From positions 14,011 through 78,010 of the forward strand of contig JBKBIN010000002.1 in the NCBI GenBank assembly GCA_046296715.1: a stretch of 64,000 nt of DNA, in the 5' to 3' direction. Under the pieces are notes generated by a model that searched no databases, was not told the DNA's origin, and saw only the letters and a program-made list of their open reading frames with translations. The position numbers and the translations under genes were made by a program. The stretch is from Candidatus Ratteibacteria bacterium. Its GTDB lineage: Bacteria; Ratteibacteria; UBA8468; B48-G9; JAFGKM01. Position 1 is the first letter of the stretch. Every line of letters starts with the position of its first letter. Positions 9,741-18,615 of the stretch are shown here, one piece after another.

Positions 9741-9761
9741 CTAACACCTACGAGGTGTTAG
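9741..9761. terminator. Perfect 9-bp stem / 3-nt loop hairpin (CTAACACCT-ACG-AGGTGTTAG) between convergent genes; likely bidirectional terminator
   Basis: The inverted repeat is read directly from the sequence. It lies 4 nt after the stop of 8438..9736 and 18 nt before the stop of the minus-strand MazG gene. Its core 14-mer recurs at 20532..20545 on the opposite strand. Confidence 0.4.
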
Positions 9762-9778
9762 GTGGAATCAGTTGAGAG

Positions 9779-10165
9779 TCAATGATTTTCTTTCTCTGTT
9801 TTTTTTATTTTTTCCCAATTGTCAATAACTTCTTTTTCGTCTTTTACTTTCTTACCTCCAAAGACATGAGGATGCCTTTTTATCATTTTTTTACACAGTG
9901 TATCAATAACATCATCAATCGTAAATACATTTTTTTCTTTTAGGATTTGCGAATGAAATACAACTTGCCATAAAATATCACCCAATTCTTCTTGCATACC
10001 ATTATAATCTTTTTTCTTAACTTCCTTTATAAATTCATTTGTTTCTTCTTTTAAATATTTCAAAATACTTTCATTTGTTTGTTTTTTATCCCAAGGACAA
10101 TTTTCTCTAATTTTTTCCATAATTTTCAGAAGATCTTTAAATTTATACCTTTTCTTTTTCCTCAT
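9779..10165 (-). CDS. mazG: MazG-family nucleoside triphosphate pyrophosphohydrolase (small single-domain type)
   Basis: ENCPWDKKQT, EELGDILWQVVFHSQI and KRHPHVF match the MazG NTP-PPase helix motifs. 128 aa. Confidence 0.65.
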   Translation of the reverse strand: MRKKKRYKFKDLLKIMEKIRENCPWDKKQTNESILKYLKEETNEFIKEVKKKDYNGMQEELGDILWQVVFHSQILKEKNVFTIDDVIDTLCKKMIKRHPHVFGGKKVKDEKEVIDNWEKIKKTEKENH

Positions 10166-10906
10166 TTATTCAACCCATATATCTTGAAAACTTAACCACT
10201 GTGTTGGATATTTTAAGATCACTTTTTCTATCTTTTTAACACTTTCAGATAGAAGAAAATCTATTTTCTCTTCATCACTTAAATTTTCAGAAGGATAATC
10301 TATCTTTTCAAAAAAAAGTTTATATTTATCATTCTCTCTTACAAAAAAACCAGCAATAAATTCTGTCTTTAGTTTTATAGCAAGTGTAGAAGGACCTCTT
10401 GGAAATATCGCCTTTTTCCCCATAAAATCAACAACAACACCTTTTTCAGTAAAAACTCTATCTCCTAATATTGCAAGAATTTTATTTTCTCTTTTAAATT
10501 TAACAAAATCCTTGGGATTTGCACCAGTAAATATTACTTCAACTTTCTTTTTTTCTCTTATTCTTCTGTATATTTCAGTTATTTTTGGTGTCATATATGG
10601 TATTACAATTGCACTTATTTTATAACCAAGTATTGAGGTAACAACTCCAGCAAGTTCCCAGTTGCCAATGTGGGCAGTTAAAGCAATAACTCCTCTATTT
10701 TTTTTCAATGCATTATCAAGTATTTCAATGTTTTCAACAATTACTTTTTCTTTGACTTTTTCATAATTAAGTTTTGGGATTGTAAAAAATTCGGTCATAT
10801 ATCTACCAAAATTAATGTAAACTTCTTTCACATATTTATCTAACTCTCTTTCAGTCAAACTTCTCTTTTCTTTGTATTCTAATATTATTTTAAGGTTTTT
10901 TCTCAT
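10166..10906 (-). CDS. Lipid A biosynthesis acyltransferase (LpxL/HtrB family, Lip_A_acyltrans). The true N-terminus probably lies upstream at about 11045 with a non-canonical ATT start.
   Basis: HIGNWELAG is the H-x4-E catalytic motif of the LpxL family. The 150 nt upstream (10907..11056) is in frame, stop-free, and encodes the expected N-terminal TM anchor (IRFFLDITYIIFAFIGKYFPEKICYLIAYFLTELRYFF). It contains no ATG, GTG or TTG. GGGAGG followed 5 nt later by ATT is the only plausible initiation site. Confidence 0.6.
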   Translation of the reverse strand: MRKNLKIILEYKEKRSLTERELDKYVKEVYINFGRYMTEFFTIPKLNYEKVKEKVIVENIEILDNALKKNRGVIALTAHIGNWELAGVVTSILGYKISAIVIPYMTPKITEIYRRIREKKKVEVIFTGANPKDFVKFKRENKILAILGDRVFTEKGVVVDFMGKKAIFPRGPSTLAIKLKTEFIAGFFVRENDKYKLFFEKIDYPSENLSDEEKIDFLLSESVKKIEKVILKYPTQWLSFQDIWVE

Positions 10907-11037
10907 AATTCTTCTTAAAGAAGGTGTAAAAAAATACCTTAACTCAGTAAGAAAATATGCGATAAGATAACAAATTTTTTCAGGAAAATATTTTCCGATA
11001 AATGCAAAAATTATATATGTAATATCAAGGAAAAATC

Positions 11038-11631
11038 TTATAATTCTTTCCTCCCTTCAATCGCTTTTTTTAATGTCTGGTTATCTATATATTCAAGTTC
11101 ACTTCCAAGTGGTAGTCCAATTGCTAATCTTGAGTGTTTAATACCAATTTTTTTTAATATTTCTGATATATAGGCGGCTGTATGTTCTCCTTCTATTGTT
11201 GGATTTGTTGCTATTATAACTTCTTCTATCTTTTCGCTTTTTATTCTTTCTATAAGTTGTGGAATTTTTAATTGTTCTGGAGTTATATTATCAAGGGGTG
11301 AAATCCTGCCCCATAAGACATGATATTTGCCTTTAAAATTTGTTTTTTCAATAGAAATTAAGTCCTTCACTTCTTCTACGACACATATAATATTTTCTCT
11401 TTTTTCATCAAGACATACATTACACAAATCTTTTTCTGCAAAATTAAAGCATCTTTTACATAATTTAACTTGGTTTTTAAGAGATATAAGAACTTCTCCA
11501 AGAGATATAACTTCATCTTCTTTTGAATGAATTAAATAATAAACAATTCTTTCAGCACTTTTAGGACCAATTCCAGGTAATTTTTTAAGTTTTTCTATTA
11601 GTTTCTCAATTATTTCAGGGTATAATCCCAT
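11038..11631 (-). CDS. recR: Recombination protein RecR
   Basis: C4 zinc finger CKRCFNFAEKDLCNVC, a Toprim domain, N-terminal HhH (LPGIGPKSAERI). Classic dnaX-ybaB-recR arrangement. Confidence 0.9.
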   Translation of the reverse strand: MGLYPEIIEKLIEKLKKLPGIGPKSAERIVYYLIHSKEDEVISLGEVLISLKNQVKLCKRCFNFAEKDLCNVCLDEKRENIICVVEEVKDLISIEKTNFKGKYHVLWGRISPLDNITPEQLKIPQLIERIKSEKIEEVIIATNPTIEGEHTAAYISEILKKIGIKHSRLAIGLPLGSELEYIDNQTLKKAIEGRKEL

Positions 11632-11633
11632 AT

Positions 11634-11927
11634 TTAAAATGGAAAACCTATCTGTGATTTAATCTCAGTTGCTATTATTTTTTCTACTTTGCTTTTTGCT
11701 TCATTAAATGTTTTCTTTATAAGTTTTTCAAAATAAGATTTATTTTCAGGTTTTAATAAGTTCTCAGAAATTTCAATATTTAAAATATCCATCTTTCCAT
11801 TTATTTTAAGTTTTATTTCATTTCCTGGAGATGAAACTTCAACAATTTTTGATTCAAGAATTTTTTGAAATTGAGATGCCTGTTGTTTTAATTGAGCCAT
11901 CTGTTTTAAATTTTCAAATATTCCCAT
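11634..11927 (-). CDS. ybaB: Nucleoid-associated protein YbaB/EbfC
   Basis: 97 aa. MGIFENLKQMAQLKQQASQFQKI. Sits between dnaX and recR. Confidence 0.85.
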   Translation of the reverse strand: MGIFENLKQMAQLKQQASQFQKILESKIVEVSSPGNEIKLKINGKMDILNIEISENLLKPENKSYFEKLIKKTFNEAKSKVEKIIATEIKSQIGFPF

Positions 11928-11928
11928 T

Positions 11929-13485
11929 TTATTCCTCCATTTTTATTATTTCTCCATTAAAAAATTCTATTATTTTTTTTACATCTGGATTTTCAATAAT
12001 TGACTGCGCATTTGTCTTTAAAACTGGTATTATTTTATAATTTTTCCCAGTTAAATCAAAAATTATTTTTTCTATTTTAATTTTATTAGACGGTTTCTCA
12101 ACCATTGATTTATGAAAACTATATTTACTTTCAAATAATACATAAATATTTTCGCCTTCTATCTTTTCAAGTTTACCTTCTCTTAATGCTGCCTCAAGTG
12201 TTGGTTTAAAATTTTTAACTTGTTTTAAAACTTCTTCCCAATTTAGTTCTTTATATTCTCTTTTTCCTTCTTCCTTTTTTGTTTCTTCTTCATCTTTAAA
12301 ATCAAAAATTGTTTCAGTTTTTTCCTCAATTTTTTCAACTTTATCTTGTTTTTCCTTTGTTTCAATAATTTTCTTTTCTAACCTATTTTCTTCCCCTTTT
12401 TTCTCTTCTACTTTTTCCTTTCCCCATAATTGAATTAACTTTAAAATAAGAATTTCGGTCAATAGAACTGGTTCTCTTTCTCTTCTTAACTTTCCTTTAA
12501 AATCAACAATATATTCAATACCTTCAAAAATTTTTTCAATTTTTAAATTATCAAAATTTTTTACAAGTGGATCATCTATTTTTAATTTTTCAATATCAAT
12601 TTTAGAGATAACTATATCCTTTATTTTTTTCATCATCCCTTCAAGAATCAAAACAGGGTCTTTCCCTTGAGAAATAAGTTTATGTAGGTTTTCTATACTT
12701 TTTATGTAATCCTTATTAAGTATATTTTCAAGTAGTATCTCTATACTCTTTTCCTCTGGCAATCCAAGTAAATTTATAACATCTTCGTATTTTATTTTTT
12801 GATCAGAAAAAATTGAAAGTTGCTCAAGTAAACTTATCGCGTCTCTCAATGAGCCCTCACAAAAATCATAAATTTCTTCTATTGCTTTTTCTTCTATTTC
12901 AATCTTTTCTTTCTCGCATATTTCAAGAATTTTATTTTTGACATCTTCAATTTTTAATGGTTTTAAATTAAATCTTTGACATCTTGATATTATTGTTAAA
13001 GGTATTTTTTCAGGAGCAGTAGTCGCAAAGAAAAATTTTATATAAGGAGGTGGTTCTTCAAGTGTTTTCAGTAAAGCATTAAATGCTTCAGTTGTTAACA
13101 TGTGAACCTCATCAATTATATAAATTTTAAATCTGGATTTTGCAGGTAGAAGATTTACATTTTCTCTAATATTTCTTATCTCATCTATTCCCCTATTTGA
13201 AGCACCGTCAATTTCAAGAACATCAAGAGAAGAACTACTTGTTATTTCTACGCAATTATCACATTTATTACAGGGGTTTGGAGTAAGACCTTCAACACAG
13301 TTTAAACACTTAGCAAATATTCTTGCAATTGTTGTTTTCCCTGTTCCTCTTGGACCAGCAAAAAGATAGGCATGTGCAATTTTTTTTAATTGTATTGACT
13401 TTTTTAAAACTTCAACTACCTCATTTTGACCACAAACTTCCTCAAAAGATTGAGGTCTATATTTTCTTGCAAGTACAGTATACAT
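11929..13485 (-). CDS. dnaX: DNA polymerase III subunit gamma/tau
   Basis: YRPQSFEEVCGQ..., Walker A GPRGTGKTT, a Zn module CNKCDNC, and KIYIIDEVHML. Confidence 0.9.
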   Translation of the reverse strand: MYTVLARKYRPQSFEEVCGQNEVVEVLKKSIQLKKIAHAYLFAGPRGTGKTTIARIFAKCLNCVEGLTPNPCNKCDNCVEITSSSSLDVLEIDGASNRGIDEIRNIRENVNLLPAKSRFKIYIIDEVHMLTTEAFNALLKTLEEPPPYIKFFFATTAPEKIPLTIISRCQRFNLKPLKIEDVKNKILEICEKEKIEIEEKAIEEIYDFCEGSLRDAISLLEQLSIFSDQKIKYEDVINLLGLPEEKSIEILLENILNKDYIKSIENLHKLISQGKDPVLILEGMMKKIKDIVISKIDIEKLKIDDPLVKNFDNLKIEKIFEGIEYIVDFKGKLRREREPVLLTEILILKLIQLWGKEKVEEKKGEENRLEKKIIETKEKQDKVEKIEEKTETIFDFKDEEETKKEEGKREYKELNWEEVLKQVKNFKPTLEAALREGKLEKIEGENIYVLFESKYSFHKSMVEKPSNKIKIEKIIFDLTGKNYKIIPVLKTNAQSIIENPDVKKIIEFFNGEIIKMEE

Positions 13486-13525
13486 TTTAATTATAATTTT
13501 ACCACTTATTTATATTTATAAGCAA

Positions 13526-14680
13526 TTAAATCTTTTTCTTTTCTGGAATTGGTGGGAAATATATAAAAAGATGGCTTATTCTATCATTTTCTCCAAGGTA
13601 TATTTCTCCAAAATCTCCTGTGCAGGCAGAAGCAAACTCATAACCATGCCATGGAATTTCAATAGTTGTATAAAGAAGTCCTAAATCTGTTAGTGAGTAT
13701 GTATCTATATTATATGAAAATAAATGTGCCATACCATCTTTCTCACCACTTATCCCATAGACAGTTCCGTCATTCCCTACAGTTAAACATGGTATATCTT
13801 TTTCAGGAGTAATTTTACCAATCATTCTTACAAAATTTATTTCAGGGTTAAATGAAAAAAATATACCATCTATACTTGTCCCACCATATATAAATCCATC
13901 ATATTTGTTAAAACAGACAGATGATACACGGTCATAAAAAGATCTTCCTTTTAAAAATGGAACATAAATGTCAAGAGGAATAATTCTATCTTCAATAATT
14001 GAATATTTAAGAATTTGACCAAAAGGTCCAAAGAAATAGATATTACTTTTGTTATCTTTTACCATTACAGGTGAAAATAATCTGTTTTTGTCAATTTTTT
14101 CTTTAATTGAAACCTCGTTTTTTGTAATATCATAGATGAAGAAATTGCCTTCATTTGTCAATCCATAAAGTAAATCTCTTTCTTCATCAGATATTAAATA
14201 AACTATAAATTCTCCAAAAACTGGTTCCAAAACTATTTTTATCTCTCCACAAGTAGTCATACCTTCATACATATAATCTTTTGATGTATCATAAAAAAAT
14301 ATATATCCTTTTTCTCCATCGCTAACTCCTCCCCATATATTTCCATTCCTATCAACACATAACGAATTTTTTACTGCCCTTGCCCCTTCAATTATTCCAA
14401 TATCACATACACCATCTCCTTCAGGAGAAAAACTATAGTAAAAAAGATGGCTTCTATTTCCACTTGTTGCTCCATAAATTTTTCTTTTTTTGCCTTTACA
14501 AAGAGAAGTTATTGCACATTCCCCAGGAGGGATTGGCTCTGAAAGTGATTGGAAAAGACGCAAACTTCTATTTTCTACTCTTCCATAAGTTACATATGGG
14601 TTATATCTTTTAAAATTCATATGAATTTCTGGTCTTTCTGGCCACTTCCTTTTTTCAAGTTCTTTTTCAAAATCTTTCAT
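13526..14680 (-). CDS. Beta-propeller repeat protein (NHL/Vgb/SGL-like), paralog B of a tandem pair
   Basis: Repeats DRNGNIWGG, GNDGTVYGISG, KSNIYFFGPFGQIL and TGDFGEIYLGE. The likely start is ATG at 14678-14680, with SD GGGGG 5 nt upstream and 2 nt after the stop of the upstream paralog. The track's 14710 start overlaps that paralog by 28 nt. Confidence 0.4.
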   Translation of the reverse strand: MKDFEKELEKRKWPERPEIHMNFKRYNPYVTYGRVENRSLRLFQSLSEPIPPGECAITSLCKGKKRKIYGATSGNRSHLFYYSFSPEGDGVCDIGIIEGARAVKNSLCVDRNGNIWGGVSDGEKGYIFFYDTSKDYMYEGMTTCGEIKIVLEPVFGEFIVYLISDEERDLLYGLTNEGNFFIYDITKNEVSIKEKIDKNRLFSPVMVKDNKSNIYFFGPFGQILKYSIIEDRIIPLDIYVPFLKGRSFYDRVSSVCFNKYDGFIYGGTSIDGIFFSFNPEINFVRMIGKITPEKDIPCLTVGNDGTVYGISGEKDGMAHLFSYNIDTYSLTDLGLLYTTIEIPWHGYEFASACTGDFGEIYLGENDRISHLFIYFPPIPEKKKI

Positions 14681-14682
14681 TT

Positions 14683-15897
14683 TTACCCCCATTGTTTTAC
14701 ATCTTTCCATGAAAAAAGTTTTTTGTTTTTATCAACATATTCAGGTCTATAGATATACATTCCTGTTGGAGAATTACCTGCTTCTGCAAAATATAAATTC
14801 CCATAAAAATCAAAAGTTGCACTTGCAATTGCTCGTGGTCTGTGCTCGCCAAAAGTTAAAGAACAAACAACCTCTCTTTCTCCTGTTTCTGGGTCCATCC
14901 TTAAAAGGTGGGTATCATATGGTTCTTCCCATCCGCGTCTCATTGTAAAATAAAGTTTTTTATCACTACCAAAAACAAGCCCTCTTACCTGCCATCCTTC
15001 AAGATGTCTATCTGTTTTAAAATCAGGTGGACCCCATGCTCTTTGTAAATCTTCCATAACTGGTTTTTCTCTATAAGGATTAAATCTCCATATATGCGAT
15101 TCATAACCCCAATCAGTCCCATAAAACCATTCCCAATCAAGAGATGGAACTACATCATAAGTAACATTGTGCCAGCCATATCTATAATTTTCAAAAGGAC
15201 ATCTTACATTCATTTTTTTTATTTCATTTGTTTCTGCATCAATTTTTAAAATAAAACCATAATCATCTGTTGTATATGCATTTCCATATTTATCAAGAAA
15301 AATTGCTTGTGGATTAATATCTCCAATTCTTCCAAGATCAATATATTTATGTGAATCAAGATAGTAAACATAGACATGATTTCTTGGCCAAGTTATACCA
15401 TACAACTTCTTTCTTTTTTCATCATAAGCAAGACATCTACTTCCTTCTCTTTTTGGTCCTATTCCAAAATTATTTATTTTATTTTTAACAGGATCATAAG
15501 TGAAAATAAAAGCACCTGGAAATCTAACATTTTCATCATCCCACGTATTCCACGGTCTCCAATAAGGATGATTTATTGGTGGTCCACTTGCATGGGTTGC
15601 ACAATACAATAAACCATCACTTCCAGGAATTAAACAATAATGAATTTTTGATTGTGTTGCATGTCCATTATCAGGGGGCTCTCCAAGTTCAGGTCCAACT
15701 TCTATCAAGTATTCAAGTTTTTCTTTGTCAGGTAGATATCTCAAAATAAAAACACTTAAACCACCTGTACATTCTCCACAGGCAGCAATATAAATATTTC
15801 CATCAAATCCTGTACAAAGTCCCCATGTTGAATCATGTTTTGGTAATTTATCAAAAACTAAATATTCTATTTCTCCGCCAAGTACTTCTTTTTTCAT
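14683..15897 (-). CDS. Beta-propeller repeat protein (NHL/Vgb/SGL-like), paralog A of a tandem pair
   Basis: Repeats GFDGNIYIAACGECTGG, GSDGLLYCATHASG, DKYGNAYTTDDYG and DFYGNLYFAEAGN. SD AAGGGAG lies before the ATG. Alignable with the downstream paralog. Confidence 0.4.
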   Translation of the reverse strand: MKKEVLGGEIEYLVFDKLPKHDSTWGLCTGFDGNIYIAACGECTGGLSVFILRYLPDKEKLEYLIEVGPELGEPPDNGHATQSKIHYCLIPGSDGLLYCATHASGPPINHPYWRPWNTWDDENVRFPGAFIFTYDPVKNKINNFGIGPKREGSRCLAYDEKRKKLYGITWPRNHVYVYYLDSHKYIDLGRIGDINPQAIFLDKYGNAYTTDDYGFILKIDAETNEIKKMNVRCPFENYRYGWHNVTYDVVPSLDWEWFYGTDWGYESHIWRFNPYREKPVMEDLQRAWGPPDFKTDRHLEGWQVRGLVFGSDKKLYFTMRRGWEEPYDTHLLRMDPETGEREVVCSLTFGEHRPRAIASATFDFYGNLYFAEAGNSPTGMYIYRPEYVDKNKKLFSWKDVKQWG

Positions 15898-16060
15898 CTT
15901 TTTCTCCCTTTTAAATTACAAAAGTATATCAACTTATAAAATTTCTGGCAAATCTTTTTATTTTAAAATTTGAAGTAAAATTTATTTTTTTTGCGAATTT
16001 AAAACAGAATTATTTCCCAAAATAAATTTCTCAATTTTTCCTCAAGTATTATAAAGTTTC

Positions 16061-17713
16061 CTATTCTTTTTGACTAATTTTATATTTACCCTTTCTAAAT
16101 TCTGATAAAATTTTTATTCCCTCGTTTATAATAAAGATAGAAAGAATTATCAAAATTAAACTTATATTGCCAAGAAGATAACTTTTTTGTCTATAAAAAG
16201 AAATCATCTGAATTGTTAGAGCAATTATTGTTGTTAGAAACATTATTAATGACGGAATTAAAATACTTAAAGAATTTCTTCTATTTAAAAAAAGATAAAA
16301 ACCGCATAAAAATAAAATAATTCCTGCAACCAATTGATTTGAAGCACCAAAAACAGGCCAGATTTTCTGCCAATTACCAAAGGCAAGATAACCTGCAAAA
16401 ATAATACATAATAATGTTGCATTATACCTATTTTTTAGAAACTTAATTTTAAAAGTAGAACCAAAAAGTTCCTGTGTTATATATCTTGAAATTCTTGTTG
16501 CAGTATCAAGAGTCGTTAAAACAAAACTATTAATCATAACAGTTGCAAATAATTTCCCAATTTGTGGATGAAAAATTTTTTTTAAAATCTGTCCATAACC
16601 TGTTGCAAAAGTACCGATCCAATCGCCTTTTTTCATCAATTCAGGATAATTTAATTCTGGGATTGAATTTGACCAAAAAAGTCCAGCAGAAACACATAAT
16701 AATGCTAAAATTGATAATAGTCCTTCTGTTAACATACCTCCATACCCAATCTTTTTAATATCTCTTTCACTTGCAATCTGTTTTGAAGTTGTGCCGCTGG
16801 AAACAAGACCATGAAAACCGCTTATCGCTCCACATGCAATTATAACAAACATCATTGGCCACAAAGAACCTTTTTCAGAAAAAAATGAAATATAAAAAGG
16901 TGTTTTAACTGATGGATGTGTAGTTAAAAGTCCAACATAACCAAAAAACATACCTGAAAAAAGTATAAAAGATGAAAGATAATCTCTTGGCTGTAAAAGA
17001 GTATTAACAGGTAAAATACTTGCTATAAAACTGTATATTAAAAGTATAATTATCCAAATTTTTAAAGGATTTAATTTGATAACAACTGGGACTTTCTTTC
17101 CGATAATAAAAAAAATAAAAAGTAAAAAAAGACAAAGAATTGTTGAGTAAAAAATTGAAAAATTTTTTTTATAAACAAGAAAACCAAAAATTATTGCATC
17201 TATTATAAGGAAAAAAGTAGGAATTACAATTTTAGGTTCTTCTATAAATGTCTTTGAAGTTACTGCTGCAAAAACTGCTATAACTAAAATTAAAGAAAGC
17301 CATAAAAATAATGAAAATATAACTTTGCTTTTTTGTCCAAATATTTTTTCTGTTATCTCGCCAACTGTCTGTCCATCATTTCTAACACTTAAAATAAGAG
17401 AAGAAAAATCATGAACTCCTCCAAGAAAAATAGAACCTAAAACAATCCAGAGTAAAGCAGGCCCCCATCCCCAAATACATATAGCAATAACAGGACCTAA
17501 AATTGGACCAGCACCAGCGATTGAAGAGAAATGATGCCCAAAGAGAATTAGCCAATGTTTTGCAGGAATATAATCAACTCCATCTCTCTTTCTATATGCT
17601 GGTGTCTGTTTATTTTCATCAATTCCCCATAACTTTTCTAAAAACTTTCCATAAAAGACATAAGCAATTATAAATAAAATCAATCCAAATAAAAATACAA
17701 ATATAGAGTCCAT
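16061..17713 (-). CDS. cstA: Carbon starvation protein A (CstA family peptide/pyruvate transporter)
   Basis: N-terminus MDSIFVFLFGLILFIIAYVFYGKFL...YRKRDGVDYIPAKHWLILFGHHFSSIAGAGPILGP is diagnostic of CstA. Multi-TM. Confidence 0.85.
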   Translation of the reverse strand: MDSIFVFLFGLILFIIAYVFYGKFLEKLWGIDENKQTPAYRKRDGVDYIPAKHWLILFGHHFSSIAGAGPILGPVIAICIWGWGPALLWIVLGSIFLGGVHDFSSLILSVRNDGQTVGEITEKIFGQKSKVIFSLFLWLSLILVIAVFAAVTSKTFIEEPKIVIPTFFLIIDAIIFGFLVYKKNFSIFYSTILCLFLLFIFFIIGKKVPVVIKLNPLKIWIIILLIYSFIASILPVNTLLQPRDYLSSFILFSGMFFGYVGLLTTHPSVKTPFYISFFSEKGSLWPMMFVIIACGAISGFHGLVSSGTTSKQIASERDIKKIGYGGMLTEGLLSILALLCVSAGLFWSNSIPELNYPELMKKGDWIGTFATGYGQILKKIFHPQIGKLFATVMINSFVLTTLDTATRISRYITQELFGSTFKIKFLKNRYNATLLCIIFAGYLAFGNWQKIWPVFGASNQLVAGIILFLCGFYLFLNRRNSLSILIPSLIMFLTTIIALTIQMISFYRQKSYLLGNISLILIILSIFIINEGIKILSEFRKGKYKISQKE

Positions 17714-17757
17714 TTTTTATCCTTATTTTTTTAATTTACATCTTTTATTCCTTCAAG

Positions 17758-18615
17758 TCAACTATCTTCAAGAATTTTTAAGTATTTTTCTGTCAGATAC
17801 TGGCTAAATTTGAAATTTTTTGATTTAAAATATCCTTTTATTTCTCTTACAGGCATAATCCCCATTAAAGTATTTGTAAGAAAAATTTCATCACAGTCAC
17901 TTAAAAAATCAATTTTAAAGCGACCTTCTTTTATTTTAATATTTTCTTTTTCACATATTTCAAATACAACTTTTCTTGTTATTCCTTCAAGACAGCCACA
18001 TTCACAAGATGGGGTATGAATAACATCTTTCTTAACAAAAAATATGTTTGAAACACTCCCTTCAGAAATATATCCAGAATTATCAAGAACAATCATATCA
18101 TCACATCTTTCTTTTTCTGCTTCAATTTTTAATATTATATTTTCAAGAAAGTTTAACGACTTTATTTTAGAAATTACTGACAAGTTATTCCTTTTAATCT
18201 TTTTACTTATTCCACACATTATTCCCTCTTTATAAAATTTTTCTGGGTATGGCTTAAAATCTCTTATAATTATTAAAAAATTTGTTTCTTTTTGATTTTC
18301 AGGGGAAATCGTCTCTGGTCTTTTTCTCCATAAATTTAATCTTATATAACAAAACTCTTCTTTTAAATTATCAATTATCAACTTTTCTATTAATTTTTTA
18401 TTTGGAACATCTAAACCACAAATTTTTGCTCCAAAAACCATTCTATTCCAATGTTCTTCAAATCTAAATATTTTTTTATTAAAAGATATCATTGTTTCAA
18501 AAATCCCATCTCCATATAAAAAACCTCTTCTTAAATGACCAAAATTTATTTCTTTCTCACTTACTTTTTTCCCATTAAACAATAATATTTCTGATTTCAT
18601 TTTCATCAATCCCAA
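17758..18615 (-). CDS. pabC: Aminodeoxychorismate lyase / class IV aminotransferase
   Basis: Class IV aminotransferase fold (FLYGDGIFETM). Overlaps pabB in an operon. Confidence 0.6.
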   Translation of the reverse strand: MGLMKMKSEILLFNGKKVSEKEINFGHLRRGFLYGDGIFETMISFNKKIFRFEEHWNRMVFGAKICGLDVPNKKLIEKLIIDNLKEEFCYIRLNLWRKRPETISPENQKETNFLIIIRDFKPYPEKFYKEGIMCGISKKIKRNNLSVISKIKSLNFLENIILKIEAEKERCDDMIVLDNSGYISEGSVSNIFFVKKDVIHTPSCECGCLEGITRKVVFEICEKENIKIKEGRFKIDFLSDCDEIFLTNTLMGIMPVREIKGYFKSKNFKFSQYLTEKYLKILEDS

